A stretch of DNA of 64,000 bases from assembly GCA_964642305.1 (NCBI GenBank), contig CAZXOE010000001.1, forward strand, positions 58,917-122,916. Direction: 5' to 3'. Both the position numbers and the translations under genes were made by a program. Source of the stretch: an uncultured Candidatus Saccharibacteria bacterium. GTDB lineage: Bacteria; Patescibacteriota; Minisyncoccia; Phycocordibacterales; UBA1550. The notes under the pieces are model-generated. The model saw nothing but the letters and a program-made list of their open reading frames with translations. It was not told the DNA's origin and ran no database searches. The stretch's first letter is position 1. Every line of letters begins with the position of its first letter. Of this stretch, positions 8,260 to 18,339 are shown piece after piece.

Positions 8260-9576
8260 ATGAAAAAGGAAATTACTTGTGACGTCTGTGTAATAGGTGG
8301 CGGACCTGCGGGGATGATGTCGGCAATCCAAGCAAGTGAGTCCGGAGGCTCCGTCGTACTAATTGAGAAAAACAAAACGCTCGGCAAAAAGCTCCTCATC
8401 ACAGGCGGAGGTAGGTGCAACGTTACCAACGCCATCTTTGACAACCGCGCTCTCGCGAATAAATATGGAAAAAAGGGGAAATTTCTGCTATCCCCTTTTT
8501 CAAAGTGGAGCGCGAAGGACACAATTGATTTTTTTGAGTCGCGTGATATGCCTATAAAAATTGAGGCTGAGGGTCGTGTTTTTCCAAAAAGCAACTCCTC
8601 ACAAAGCGTGTTGGAAGTTTTAGTGGATGAAATGAAAGACAGAGGAGTAAAAGTTCTCGTAGGCTTCCCTGTCACCAGAGTAAACTCCTCAAAAAATATC
8701 ATTACGAGCGTGGAAACTGACGACGCTGTGATTTCAGCAAAGGCATTCATCTTCACCACAGGTGGCACAGCGCGTCCTGAAACAGGCTCATCTGGCGACG
8801 GCTTCAAGTGGTTGGGAAAGCTTGGACACTCTATTAACACACCGAGTTCTGCCCTCGTGCCCGTCAAAACTAAGGAGGAATGGTCTCACAGACTACAAGG
8901 CCTCTCACTTTCAAATGTAAAAATAACTCTCGTTGACGCAAAGTCGCGTGGTGAGTCGCGTATTGGAAAAATTCTTTTTACGCACTTTGGACTTTCAGGC
9001 CCACTCGTTCTTGGCCTTAGTCAGACTATCGGCGAATCACTAAAAGACCTGCCCGCCACTGCTTCATCGCTCAATAAGGAAACAGTCGGGCGATGGCAGG
9101 CGGGAGGTACGCCGACTCTTGAATTGGATTTATTCCCCACTCTTGATCAAACTATGCTTGATGAAAAGCTTCGCGAGCATCTAGCCAGGGTACAAAACAA
9201 AAAATGGGCAAACGCTCTCACGGGATTTGTATCTCCCCTTCTTGCTCCTGTGCTTGTAGAACTCTCTGGCATTAGCCCAACAATTCCAGTTAACAAAATC
9301 CCTCGCACAGCGCGCCTAGTATTTTTGAGAAAGCTTAAAGCATTGACTCTCACTCCAACAGGGCTCCTGGGAGCAGAGAAAGCTGTCGTTTCTTCCGGTG
9401 GTGTAGCCCTAGAGGAAATAGACTTTAAAACAATGCGTTCACAAAAAATTGACAACCTTTTCCTAGCTGGCGACATACTAGACTTTGAGCGTCCATCAGG
9501 GGGTTTTAGTCTACAAATATGTTGGGCAACTGGATCTATTGCGGGAAAAAACGCAGGAGTGTACAATGTTAGTTAG
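8260..9576 (+). CDS. FAD-dependent flavoprotein, HI0933/BaiN (YhiN) family
   Basis: N-terminal dinucleotide fold DVCVIGGGPAGMMSAIQASESGGSVVLIEK, GRCNVTN motif; 438 aa typical for the family. Confidence 0.85.
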   Translation: MKKEITCDVCVIGGGPAGMMSAIQASESGGSVVLIEKNKTLGKKLLITGGGRCNVTNAIFDNRALANKYGKKGKFLLSPFSKWSAKDTIDFFESRDMPIKIEAEGRVFPKSNSSQSVLEVLVDEMKDRGVKVLVGFPVTRVNSSKNIITSVETDDAVISAKAFIFTTGGTARPETGSSGDGFKWLGKLGHSINTPSSALVPVKTKEEWSHRLQGLSLSNVKITLVDAKSRGESRIGKILFTHFGLSGPLVLGLSQTIGESLKDLPATASSLNKETVGRWQAGGTPTLELDLFPTLDQTMLDEKLREHLARVQNKKWANALTGFVSPLLAPVLVELSGISPTIPVNKIPRTARLVFLRKLKALTLTPTGLLGAEKAVVSSGGVALEEIDFKTMRSQKIDNLFLAGDILDFERPSGGFSLQICWATGSIAGKNAGVYNVS

Positions 9577-9594
9577 CATCTACGAAATCAATCT

Positions 9595-10851
9595 ATGGAA
9601 GACATAAAAAAATCGCACAAGATAAAATCCCATCTGCAAAAGGTGCAGCAAAAGAAACCTGTTACAAAAAAGACGATTATTTTAATATCCGCGGTCATTG
9701 TCATTTTAGGTATTGGCTCTTCATTCTATTTCACAAGCAAAATTGAGAAATTCTTTTGGAGCGCGCACACTGCGTCTGTCGCAGATATTGTGCACGAGCT
9801 CACAATTCACAGTCTCCAAAATGGAGACGTAAAAAATTGGCAGAACCCTGAAGCAAACGCTCGCTTGTCGTATTTTGCGAAGGAGATGAAGGAATACATT
9901 CCGAACACGATGGCTATGAAAATTTTCACTGTCGATGGAGTTCTTGCGTGGACTGACCTAGCTAGCAAGCAAGCAGGATACCAAAAACCTGAAAGTGACG
10001 GCCAAATGGCTCAAGTCAGAGCAAATAAGTATATGATATTGCCTGCTAGCGATTCCACAAAAAACGAACTCAATGTATATACCCTGCTTGAGGTTTGGTC
10101 TGCTATGGATATGCGAGACGGGGAAACATTAGGATACATTGAAATATATTTTAACACTGCCTACATTCAGTCATTCATCACTGATATACAATATTCTATT
10201 TGGGCTTCTATTCTTGTAATGCTCGTTATTGTGCTCTTTTTTGTCAGGCTCGCGTTCAAGGAGCAGGACTTACGAATTATTGAGCAATCGGAATATTTAA
10301 ATGGCATCATTGACCAATCACCTATTGGCATCTACACCATAAATACAAGTGGATTCATTGAAAGCTACAATCCAGCTATGATGAGAATATCGGGAATCAC
10401 TGACGCGAGTGAAACAATAGGAAAAAATGTTTTTGACGCTGTGGCTTATCAAAAAAATGGACTAGATAAACTCTTAATGAGCGGTATCGGTGGAGTTCCT
10501 TTTGAAACTGAGGTTGAGGTTGATTCCTCGCTGGGAGATCACAAAAAATCATACCGACACTACTACGGTGTTCCACTGAGAGATCAAGCAGGCGATGTTG
10601 ACCACCTGCTAGTGATGGTTGAGGATATCACTAAAAGAAAAGAGCTTGAAAATGAAGTTGTTTTGCGCGCTGGTGACCTAGAGCAAAAGATTAACGAGCG
10701 CACAAAGTCAATCCAAGATAAGGTTGACGATCTAGAAAGATTTCAGAGACTCACTGTTGACCGCGAACTTCGTATGACGGAGCTCAAGCAGGAAATAGAA
10801 AGAATGCGAGCTAAGCTAGAAGAATTGGGTTATAAATCTAATACAGTCTAA
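9595..10851 (+). CDS. membrane-anchored PAS-domain protein with C-terminal coiled coil (no kinase domain)
   Basis: TM helix LISAVIVILGIGSSFYF, a second TM (ASILVMLVIVLFFV), then PAS (IDQSPIGIYTINTSGFIESYNPAMMRISG...LLVMVEDITKRKELE) and a heptad-rich tail. No H-box or HATPase motifs. Confidence 0.65.
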   Translation: MEDIKKSHKIKSHLQKVQQKKPVTKKTIILISAVIVILGIGSSFYFTSKIEKFFWSAHTASVADIVHELTIHSLQNGDVKNWQNPEANARLSYFAKEMKEYIPNTMAMKIFTVDGVLAWTDLASKQAGYQKPESDGQMAQVRANKYMILPASDSTKNELNVYTLLEVWSAMDMRDGETLGYIEIYFNTAYIQSFITDIQYSIWASILVMLVIVLFFVRLAFKEQDLRIIEQSEYLNGIIDQSPIGIYTINTSGFIESYNPAMMRISGITDASETIGKNVFDAVAYQKNGLDKLLMSGIGGVPFETEVEVDSSLGDHKKSYRHYYGVPLRDQAGDVDHLLVMVEDITKRKELENEVVLRAGDLEQKINERTKSIQDKVDDLERFQRLTVDRELRMTELKQEIERMRAKLEELGYKSNTV

Positions 10852-10980
10852 TATTTAGCAAGATGAATCCCGTTAGAGACCCTCATGTTATTTTTTGGTA
10901 ATATAAACATATGTTGAATAAATATTATTGGCAGTATAATGTAATTAGACACGGAGATTTTATCTCCTGTCTCAAACGGG

Positions 10981-12846
10981 ATGAACGGCGGACACTTTAA
11001 TTTTAAAAGGGCGCTTCGTTTTGAAATATCTCTTGTTGTTCTTTTTCTTGTAACATTCGCTCTTTATGTTGGAGATTTTCTGCCAGTAAAATTTGAGGGT
11101 CAAATTCTTGGAATTGTTGGTTTCATTGGAATCGTCCCAGTTGCTCGTAGCGCGTATCGCTCATTGCGAGAAAAGAAAATAAATGTAGATTTACTCGCGA
11201 CAATAGCGCTCTTTTTCTCATTCATTAGCGCGGAGTGGAGCTCAATGCTTTTTATAAACATAATGCTTGCAGGCGCGCGAGTTCTTGATCTTTACACAAA
11301 AAGACGCGTGCGTATATCGCTTGAGAGTCTTGTTAAACTAAAACCCTCAAAAGCGCGAGTAGCGCGTGTTAAAGAAACTTTGGAGATCCCACTTGAGGAT
11401 GTGCGCAAGGGAGACTTTGTGGTGGTTAATTTAGGAGAGCAAATACCTGTAGACGGAGAAGTCATCAAAGGCTCCGCCACTGTAAATCAAGCGTCTCTCA
11501 CGGGTGAATCAATCCCTGTGCTTAAAGATATTGGCTCCACTGTTTTGTCTGCTACTGTTGTTGTTTCTGGAAATATTATCATCCGCGCGCAGCGTATTGG
11601 CACAGAAACCACATTTGAGCGAATGATAAATCTTGTCGAATCTTCGCATGACGCAAAAACGAGAATGCGAACATCTGCAGAAAGATTTTCAAGCTGGTAC
11701 ATTGGCATTATGCTTTTGGTCGCTATTGTTCTCTATATGGTTACAAAAGACACACGACTTGTTCTTGCTGTTGTGCTCGTGGTGTGCGCAGACGACATCG
11801 CTATCGCGGTTCCTCTTGCATATATTGTGGCGATAGGAACTGCAGCGCGCAGAGGTATCATAATAAAAAGCGCGGACTTCCTGGAGCTTGCTGGAAAGAT
11901 AAACACGCTTGTTGTGGACAAAACTGGCACACTGACATTTGGAAAACTCTCAGTTGAAAATGCGCGCGCTATTGGAGGATCAACTATGGAACAAGTACTA
12001 GAGATATCTGGAGCAATATGCGCGCGCTCAAACCACCCTGTCTCAAAAGCAATAATGGAATACTCCAGAGAAAAAGGTTGCGCTTGCACACCACCGGAAA
12101 ATTTTAAAGAAGTTGAAGGTAGGGGCATAATCGGCAATGATAATAGCAACAAAGAAATAACCATCGGTAGAGCTGAGTTTCTAAATGAGAAAGGAATTAG
12201 ATTTTCTAATGAAGTGGAGAGCACACATTCAGAGTGGGTGACAAATGGAAACAATGTGACTCTTGTTGCGTTAGATGGAAAAATAATCGGGATGTTTGCT
12301 CTCGCGGACGAACTGCGAGAAGGTGTCGCAGGCGCTATAAAAACCCTAAAGCAAACTGGCGTCAACGAGGTGGTGATGCTCACAGGTGACAACGATGGTG
12401 TCGCAAAAAAGATAGCCGACCGTCTTGGAATAGATAAATACTATTCAAAACTCCTCCCAGATCACAAGGTTTACGTTCTCAGAGACTACCTCGGCAAGCA
12501 CGACCGCGTAATAGCAATGGTTGGAGACGGAGTAAATGATGCGGCAGTGCTTGCTCGTGCGGATGTAGGAATAGCCATGGGTAGCATTGGATCGGATGTC
12601 GCTATAGAATCCGCTGATATTGTTTTAATGCAGGATAATTTTGAGAAAATACTTGACCTTCGTGGTATATCTAAAAAAGTTTCCTCTGTAGTGCGTGGAA
12701 ATTTTATAATATGGGGCGTGGTCAATACATTAGGTCTTTACCTCGTATTCACTCATACCATAGGACCATCTGGGGCCGCCGCCTACAACTTTGTCACAGA
12801 CTTCATTCCAATAGCAAATTCGCTTCGCCTTTTCCGCTATCGCTAA
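10981..12846 (+). CDS. P-type cation-transporting ATPase (P1B-like architecture, atypical TM6 motif)
   Basis: TGES (ASLTGESIPV), phosphorylation site DKTGTLT, hinge GDGVNDAAVLARADVGIAMG. 621 aa with no N-terminal heavy-metal-binding domain. TM6 reads VVCADDIA instead of CPC/SPC. Confidence 0.85.
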   Translation: MNGGHFNFKRALRFEISLVVLFLVTFALYVGDFLPVKFEGQILGIVGFIGIVPVARSAYRSLREKKINVDLLATIALFFSFISAEWSSMLFINIMLAGARVLDLYTKRRVRISLESLVKLKPSKARVARVKETLEIPLEDVRKGDFVVVNLGEQIPVDGEVIKGSATVNQASLTGESIPVLKDIGSTVLSATVVVSGNIIIRAQRIGTETTFERMINLVESSHDAKTRMRTSAERFSSWYIGIMLLVAIVLYMVTKDTRLVLAVVLVVCADDIAIAVPLAYIVAIGTAARRGIIIKSADFLELAGKINTLVVDKTGTLTFGKLSVENARAIGGSTMEQVLEISGAICARSNHPVSKAIMEYSREKGCACTPPENFKEVEGRGIIGNDNSNKEITIGRAEFLNEKGIRFSNEVESTHSEWVTNGNNVTLVALDGKIIGMFALADELREGVAGAIKTLKQTGVNEVVMLTGDNDGVAKKIADRLGIDKYYSKLLPDHKVYVLRDYLGKHDRVIAMVGDGVNDAAVLARADVGIAMGSIGSDVAIESADIVLMQDNFEKILDLRGISKKVSSVVRGNFIIWGVVNTLGLYLVFTHTIGPSGAAAYNFVTDFIPIANSLRLFRYR

Positions 12847-12863
12847 AACGCGCGAATTGTTTT

Positions 12864-13844
12864 CTACGCGGGGAAACTCTTAATCATTACCGACGCAACT
12901 GTAAAATAAATAGTAATTCCGAGAATATCTCGCACAACTGTCGCAAGAGGTCCAGTCGCTATCGCGGGGTCAATTTTAGTTCGCATGAAAATCCACGGGA
13001 TAAGAAGCGCCACCGCAATCGAGGCAATAATCGTGATAAAAAAAGAAACTCCAAGAATTATTGCTAGTATCTTTGGCTCCCACCAAATGAACGATATGGC
13101 GCCTATCAACAAACTCAAAAACAACGCGATGGCTGTTCCAGTCGTGATTTCTCTAATCAAATATTTTTTGATTCCCATTACAGGATCAATTGCGAGACTT
13201 CGAATAAAAATTGTTTGTGATTGAGAGCCCACTGCGTCAGACATATAAACAATTGCTGGTATGAACGCGGCAAGTGTCAGCATTTCTTTTATAGCGTCCT
13301 CAAATGCTCCCAATATAGAAGCAACAAGCACACCCCCTAGAAGCCCTAGAACGAGCCATGGGATGCGCTTATTAAAATAGATTAATGGAGATGCAGAAAT
13401 AATGCTTTTAGCTGGGTCTCCAGAAATAACGACTCCAGCAGAACGCAAAAGGTCTTCACTATGCTCTTCGTGAAGGATTTGTAATATTACATCTGATGGA
13501 ACAACGCCAAGCAGATGGTCGTCCTTGTCAGTAACTGGTATCGCTTTTAGGTTGTGTTTTATCGCCAAATTTGCAACCTTTTCTTGATGAACCCCCAAGT
13601 GAACCTTCACTAGTTTTGTTTGCATCAGGTCACCTAATGCAAATTTTTTATTAGCTCGAAAGATCTCCTTCAAGGAAACAACACCTACTAGATGATTTTC
13701 ATTGTCAGTTACATATATATAATTTATAGTCTCAAACTTCTTTGCGTCTCGCACAAGCAACTTTTCAATCTCCCCCACCGTATCATCCGGCTTTGCGTTT
13801 GGAAACATTTTTATCATTCTATTTCCCGCAGTAAGTGCTTTCAT
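12864..13844 (-). CDS. MgtE-like divalent cation transporter (CBS pair + MgtE TM domain)
   Basis: CBS-like region (IYVTDNENHLVGVVSLKEI...AIPVTDKDDHLLGVVPSDVIL) followed by 5 TM helices (IPWLVLGLLGGVLVASILGAF...). ORF track gives 13916; the ATG at 13844 (MKALTAG...) avoids overlap with the gene at 13911. Confidence 0.75.
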   Translation of the reverse strand: MKALTAGNRMIKMFPNAKPDDTVGEIEKLLVRDAKKFETINYIYVTDNENHLVGVVSLKEIFRANKKFALGDLMQTKLVKVHLGVHQEKVANLAIKHNLKAIPVTDKDDHLLGVVPSDVILQILHEEHSEDLLRSAGVVISGDPAKSIISASPLIYFNKRIPWLVLGLLGGVLVASILGAFEDAIKEMLTLAAFIPAIVYMSDAVGSQSQTIFIRSLAIDPVMGIKKYLIREITTGTAIALFLSLLIGAISFIWWEPKILAIILGVSFFITIIASIAVALLIPWIFMRTKIDPAIATGPLATVVRDILGITIYFTVASVMIKSFPA

Positions 13845-13910
13845 ATATAAATTATAGCAATATTCAACATATGGGTCAAAAATATGGTATGATATATAAA
13901 CATCTAAGAT

Positions 13911-15179
13911 ATGCAAATAAAAAAACAGAAAATTAAAAGCGTAGTGAAGGTCGCTTTTTTTATTGCTCTAAAAAACATTCAGAGAGGATCAATAGCAGTG
14001 AAAATTGTTACTGTTTCAATACTTCTACTTACGTTTTTAAATCTGACAGTTGTCGGTGGCCTTCTAAACGGTATTGTTGATGATATTAGCCTAAAAATTA
14101 AAAACTCGCTTTTTGCTGATGTTGTTATTCAGCCAAGCAAAGAATACTCATATATCCAGAACCCTGGAGAAGTAATGGACAATCTCAAAAATAATCCAGA
14201 TATTGCTGGATATTCTGAAAGATTATTGTCAGGCGTGATTTTGGAATCTAGATACAAGGAGGTTAGCGGGAGCGAGATCCCACAGCGTATGGGAGCCTCA
14301 GTGGCGGGTATTACTGTGGCGCACGAAAACCAAACAACCGACATCTCAAAAAAAATAATTGCTGGAAGATTTCTGGTTGATTCTGATTGGAATGCTATAG
14401 TTCTAGGATCATCATTGGTTGATGGGTACACCAAAAAAACAGCGAGCGGAGATACTACTCTTGGACACGTTCTAGTTGGAGAAAAAGTAAGAGTGAGATT
14501 TAGCAATGGAGTGGTGCGAGAATTTACAGTTGTTGGAATATTAAATACTAAATCATCAGTTGTAGATCAGCGCGCCTATGTACAATACAAGGAATTGCGT
14601 CAAGTGCTTGCTCTGCCAGAAAACAAGTATTCTGAAATAGCTATTGCTTCATCTGCAACATCAGCATCCGGCTACTTATCTGAATACCTAAGAGCAAATG
14701 ATATAAACAAAAAAAATGACGTTAAAACACTAAACGAGGCTACTCCGTCAGGTGTGTCAGATGTAAAGGTTGCATTTGCAATGATAGGCAATATTGTTGC
14801 TGCTATCGCTGTGCTTGTCGGACTAGTTACAGTGTTCGTAATTATATTTGTTAACGCATCTAGCAGGAGAAGGTATCTTGGAATTTTGAAGGCTCAGGGT
14901 ATTGATCCATCCGCTCTTATTTTTTCCTATGTTCTACAGGCATTGTTTTATACGATAATTGGTATTTCGCTAGGAGCTCTTGTGCTCTTTGGTTTTTTGC
15001 AGGGATATTTTGATAAGCACCCCCTATCTCTTCCAATGGCAGACGGACGACTAATGCTTGATGCCTCATACCTTAGTGTTCGCGTAGCAGTTTTGATGGT
15101 ATCAACACTAATATCAGCGTTTGTGCCGGCGTGGTTTATCATTAGGCAAAACACACTTAATGCTATTCTAGGCAGATAA
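13911..15179 (+). CDS. ABC transporter permease, FtsX/MacB-like
   Basis: N-terminal TM helix, large extracytoplasmic domain, C-terminal FtsX-type 3-TM bundle (IGNIVAAIAVLVGLVTVFVIIFVNASSRRRYLGILKAQG). Confidence 0.75.
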   Translation: MQIKKQKIKSVVKVAFFIALKNIQRGSIAVKIVTVSILLLTFLNLTVVGGLLNGIVDDISLKIKNSLFADVVIQPSKEYSYIQNPGEVMDNLKNNPDIAGYSERLLSGVILESRYKEVSGSEIPQRMGASVAGITVAHENQTTDISKKIIAGRFLVDSDWNAIVLGSSLVDGYTKKTASGDTTLGHVLVGEKVRVRFSNGVVREFTVVGILNTKSSVVDQRAYVQYKELRQVLALPENKYSEIAIASSATSASGYLSEYLRANDINKKNDVKTLNEATPSGVSDVKVAFAMIGNIVAAIAVLVGLVTVFVIIFVNASSRRRYLGILKAQGIDPSALIFSYVLQALFYTIIGISLGALVLFGFLQGYFDKHPLSLPMADGRLMLDASYLSVRVAVLMVSTLISAFVPAWFIIRQNTLNAILGR

Positions 15180-15183
15180 ATAT

Positions 15184-15888
15184 ATGATTAATGTAAAAAA
15201 TATTACAAAAGATTTTACAAGCGGAACAGTTGTCACTCATGTTTTGCGTGGAGTAGATTTAGAAATACCTGACGGTCAGTTTGTAGCGATAGTTGGACCA
15301 TCTGGCGCTGGAAAATCCACATTAATGTACCAAATGGGGCTTCTAGACACACCAAGTAGTGGTTCTATTTTTGTTGATGAGATAGAGGTTAGCGCTCTTA
15401 ACGATGCAGATGCGATTCAGTATCGACTAGATAACTACGGTTTTGTTTTTCAAGATTACGCGCTTATACCCGAGCTAACAGCTTTGGAAAATGTAACATT
15501 GCTGGGCCTTATGCAGGGTATTGATTACGAAACCGTAAAAAAAGAAGCAGTTGCAATCCTAGAGTCATTCAATTTAAAAAATCAAGTTCATCATCTTCCG
15601 AGTCAGCTTTCAGGGGGTGAGCAACAGCGTGTCAGCGTTGCTAGGGCTATCATTAAGAAACCAAAAATATTGTTTGCTGACGAACCCACTGCAAGCCTAG
15701 ATAGCGATATGTCTGCTCAGGTGATGAAAGTCTTTCTAGATTTGAATAAAAACGGTCAAACGATTGTTATGGTTACTCACGAAGAAGAATACGCAATGAT
15801 GGCTGACAGAATAGTAAGAGTCAAGGACGGCAAGGTCGTAGACGACAAAATGCTACCAAAGAAACATCAGGCGGAAATGAACCTATAA
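15184..15888 (+). CDS. ABC transporter ATP-binding protein (MacB/LolD-type)
   Basis: Walker A GPSGAGKST, signature LSGGEQQRVSVARAI, Walker B ILFADEPTASLD, H-loop VTHEE. Confidence 0.9.
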   Translation: MINVKNITKDFTSGTVVTHVLRGVDLEIPDGQFVAIVGPSGAGKSTLMYQMGLLDTPSSGSIFVDEIEVSALNDADAIQYRLDNYGFVFQDYALIPELTALENVTLLGLMQGIDYETVKKEAVAILESFNLKNQVHHLPSQLSGGEQQRVSVARAIIKKPKILFADEPTASLDSDMSAQVMKVFLDLNKNGQTIVMVTHEEEYAMMADRIVRVKDGKVVDDKMLPKKHQAEMNL

Positions 15889-15971
15889 ACTAACGCATAT
15901 GCTTGAGTATAAAATACAAACGAGCTATAATTAGTTTATTGAAACGCTACATTTAACATCAATTAATATTT

Positions 15972-17480
15972 ATGCAACTATCTAAAAAACAAATCATCTG
16001 GGGCAGTATAGTACTCGCGGTCGTCATAATAGTATTTTTTGTTGTAAGAGGCGGAAATGACTCTACTATCCCAAACACCACAACTATCAAACGCGGTGAT
16101 GTGATACAAGAAGTAAGTGTTACTGGACGCGTGCAGTCCACCTCTGCGGTTGACCTTGGTTTTGAAAAAAGCGGGCGCGTGGCGGGCGTATACACAAGTA
16201 TAGGCAAACACGTGGAAGCAGGGTCGCTTCTAGCCGAGGTTGAGTCCTCAAGCGCTCGCGGAAGCCTCATGGAGGCTGAAGCGCGTCTTTCAGAGCTACA
16301 GCGAGGATCTCGCCCAGAGGAGCTTGATGTAAAAAGAGCAGAACTTGCAAAATACAAGCAGGATCTGGACAATGCCTATAACGGTGTTACTGACATTCTA
16401 AATGACACATTTACAAAAGCAGATGACGCTCTGCACACAAAAACAACTGGAATTTTTTCCGGCTACAAGAACACTTCATACAAATATACATTTTCCGTTT
16501 GTGATAGTCAGCTTGCAGGCAAAGGTGAGTTTGCGAGACAAGAAGCCGAGCTTGATTTTGACAAATGGCGAGAGGGAAATGGGGCATTCCCGATTTCACC
16601 ATCAAAAACCGATCTATCAAATGCTCTCAATCGCGCAAGCACCCACCTTGAGGGGCTACTGTCACTTTTTGAATCTATAGGACGCACACTATCTCTGGAC
16701 TGCACTGTTACAAACACAGCTCTGGACACATATCGCACAAACATAAACACTGCGCGCGCTAACATTACAACAGCGCTGTCTAACATAAACTCAAAAAAAC
16801 AATCAATCCTAACATTGACACTTACTCTCGCAAAAGCAAATAACGAGCTTGCATTACTTGAGGCAGGGACAGCAAGCGAGGTGTTGTCAGCGCAGGAGGC
16901 GCGTGTGCTTTCTGCTCGCGGAGAACTCGCAAAATATCGCGTCACGTCCCCTATCTCTGGCGTTGTGACAAGGGTAGACATAAAAGCAGGTGAAACATCT
17001 TCGATCGGAAAAACAGTATTTTCTGTTATCTCTGACACATCTTTTGAAATTGAAGCTTACGTTCCTGAGGCCGATATTGCTAAAATTAAAATTGGCAATA
17101 TGGCGCGTATCACGCTTGATGCGTACGGCTCTGATGTTCCATTTCCAGGAAAGGTTACGGCTATAGGCCCAGCAGAGACTATTATAGACAATGTTCCAAC
17201 ATACAAAACGACTCTGCATTTCACAAAAAGTGACCCTCGCATCAAATCTGGAATGACGGCCAATATAGACATAGCGACCGCTTCGCGAGCAAATGTGCTT
17301 TTTGCTCCTGAGCGCGCTGTAATCACACGCGACAATAGCAAATATATTCGCGCAGTAGATTCCGACAAATCCACAACAGATGTGCCTGTCACTGTGGGGT
17401 TAAAGGGTTCCGATGGCTCCATTGAAATCCTGTCTGGAGTTACAGAAGGAGCTACTATCATCATGTCGCCAAAGGACTAA
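15972..17480 (+). CDS. HlyD/MacA-family periplasmic adaptor (membrane fusion protein)
   Basis: N-terminal TM anchor, lipoyl-like beta segments (IKRGDVIQEVSVTGRVQS...), long coiled-coil middle, C-terminal beta-barrel (IPVTVGLKGSDGSIEILSGVTEG). Confidence 0.8.
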   Translation: MQLSKKQIIWGSIVLAVVIIVFFVVRGGNDSTIPNTTTIKRGDVIQEVSVTGRVQSTSAVDLGFEKSGRVAGVYTSIGKHVEAGSLLAEVESSSARGSLMEAEARLSELQRGSRPEELDVKRAELAKYKQDLDNAYNGVTDILNDTFTKADDALHTKTTGIFSGYKNTSYKYTFSVCDSQLAGKGEFARQEAELDFDKWREGNGAFPISPSKTDLSNALNRASTHLEGLLSLFESIGRTLSLDCTVTNTALDTYRTNINTARANITTALSNINSKKQSILTLTLTLAKANNELALLEAGTASEVLSAQEARVLSARGELAKYRVTSPISGVVTRVDIKAGETSSIGKTVFSVISDTSFEIEAYVPEADIAKIKIGNMARITLDAYGSDVPFPGKVTAIGPAETIIDNVPTYKTTLHFTKSDPRIKSGMTANIDIATASRANVLFAPERAVITRDNSKYIRAVDSDKSTTDVPVTVGLKGSDGSIEILSGVTEGATIIMSPKD

Positions 17481-17614
17481 TCATGAGTCAAAAGGGCGAT
17501 AAAGTCACCAAGTTCATAAAGAGATGCGAAGATTTGAATTTACTTTACAAACTTTAAAAACTTCGAATCAGCTGATTCGTGTCTTGGACATAAACACTTT
17601 GGAAATTCATCAAC

Positions 17615-18337
17615 ATGCCCCTCATTGAAGCTAAAAACCTTACAAAAGTATATGTAAACGAGGAGGTAGAGACTCCGGTTCTTAATGGTGTTTCGTTTTC
17701 CATTGACCAAGGAGAGTTTGTAGCTATTATGGGTCCATCTGGCTCTGGTAAGTCCACACTTCTTCACGTGCTTGGATTTCTAGACAGCTACACAAACGGC
17801 TCCTACAGATTTGAGGACAAGGAAGCAAAGACTTACGATGGTGACGCAATGGCTCATATTCGCAATAGGAAACTCGGTTTTATTTTTCAATCATTCAATC
17901 TACTTCCCCACTCAAGCGTTTTTGAAAACGTGCGTTTGCCTCTTTTTTATTCTGATATTCCAGAGGTTGAATGGGATGAGCGCGTAAAAAATGCGGTGGA
18001 GGAAGTTGGGCTCACACATAGAACTGAATACGATGTTACGCGTCTCTCTGGTGGAGAACGTCAGAGAGTAGCAATTGCGCGCGCATTGGTATGTAGTCCG
18101 GAAATTATTTTTGCGGATGAGCCGACAGGCAACCTTGATTCAAAGTCTGGTGGTGGCGTTATGCAGACCCTTCAAGAACTCAACGAAAAGCACGGGCACA
18201 CTATTATTCTCATCACGCACGAGACATACACAGCCGAACATGCAAGGCGAATTATTCACATTAAAGACGGCCTAATTGAAAGCGATGAAAAAGTCAGCTC
18301 GCGTCGTCATACAAATGGAGGAATATTAATAAAATAA
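17615..18337 (+). CDS. ABC transporter ATP-binding protein (MacB-type)
   Basis: GPSGSGKSTLLHVLGFLD, LSGGERQRVAIARAL, IFADEPTGNLD, ITHE. Confidence 0.9.
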   Translation: MPLIEAKNLTKVYVNEEVETPVLNGVSFSIDQGEFVAIMGPSGSGKSTLLHVLGFLDSYTNGSYRFEDKEAKTYDGDAMAHIRNRKLGFIFQSFNLLPHSSVFENVRLPLFYSDIPEVEWDERVKNAVEEVGLTHRTEYDVTRLSGGERQRVAIARALVCSPEIIFADEPTGNLDSKSGGGVMQTLQELNEKHGHTIILITHETYTAEHARRIIHIKDGLIESDEKVSSRRHTNGGILIK

Positions 18338-18339
18338 CC

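Noticed and set aside
8217-8867. 216-aa minus-strand ORF overlapping the flavoprotein gene
   Set aside because: Shadow ORF antisense to a well-supported gene (8260..9576) with clear FAD-binding motifs. No motifs of its own and implausible composition.
9147-9566. 139-aa minus-strand ORF
   Set aside because: Lies entirely inside the flavoprotein CDS on the opposite strand; antisense artefact.
11733-12392. 219-aa minus-strand ORF
   Set aside because: Antisense to the P-type ATPase, whose DKTGT/GDGVND motifs fix the plus-strand frame.
16508-17038. 176-aa minus-strand ORF
   Set aside because: Antisense to the HlyD-family adaptor gene; serine/alanine-rich low-complexity translation.
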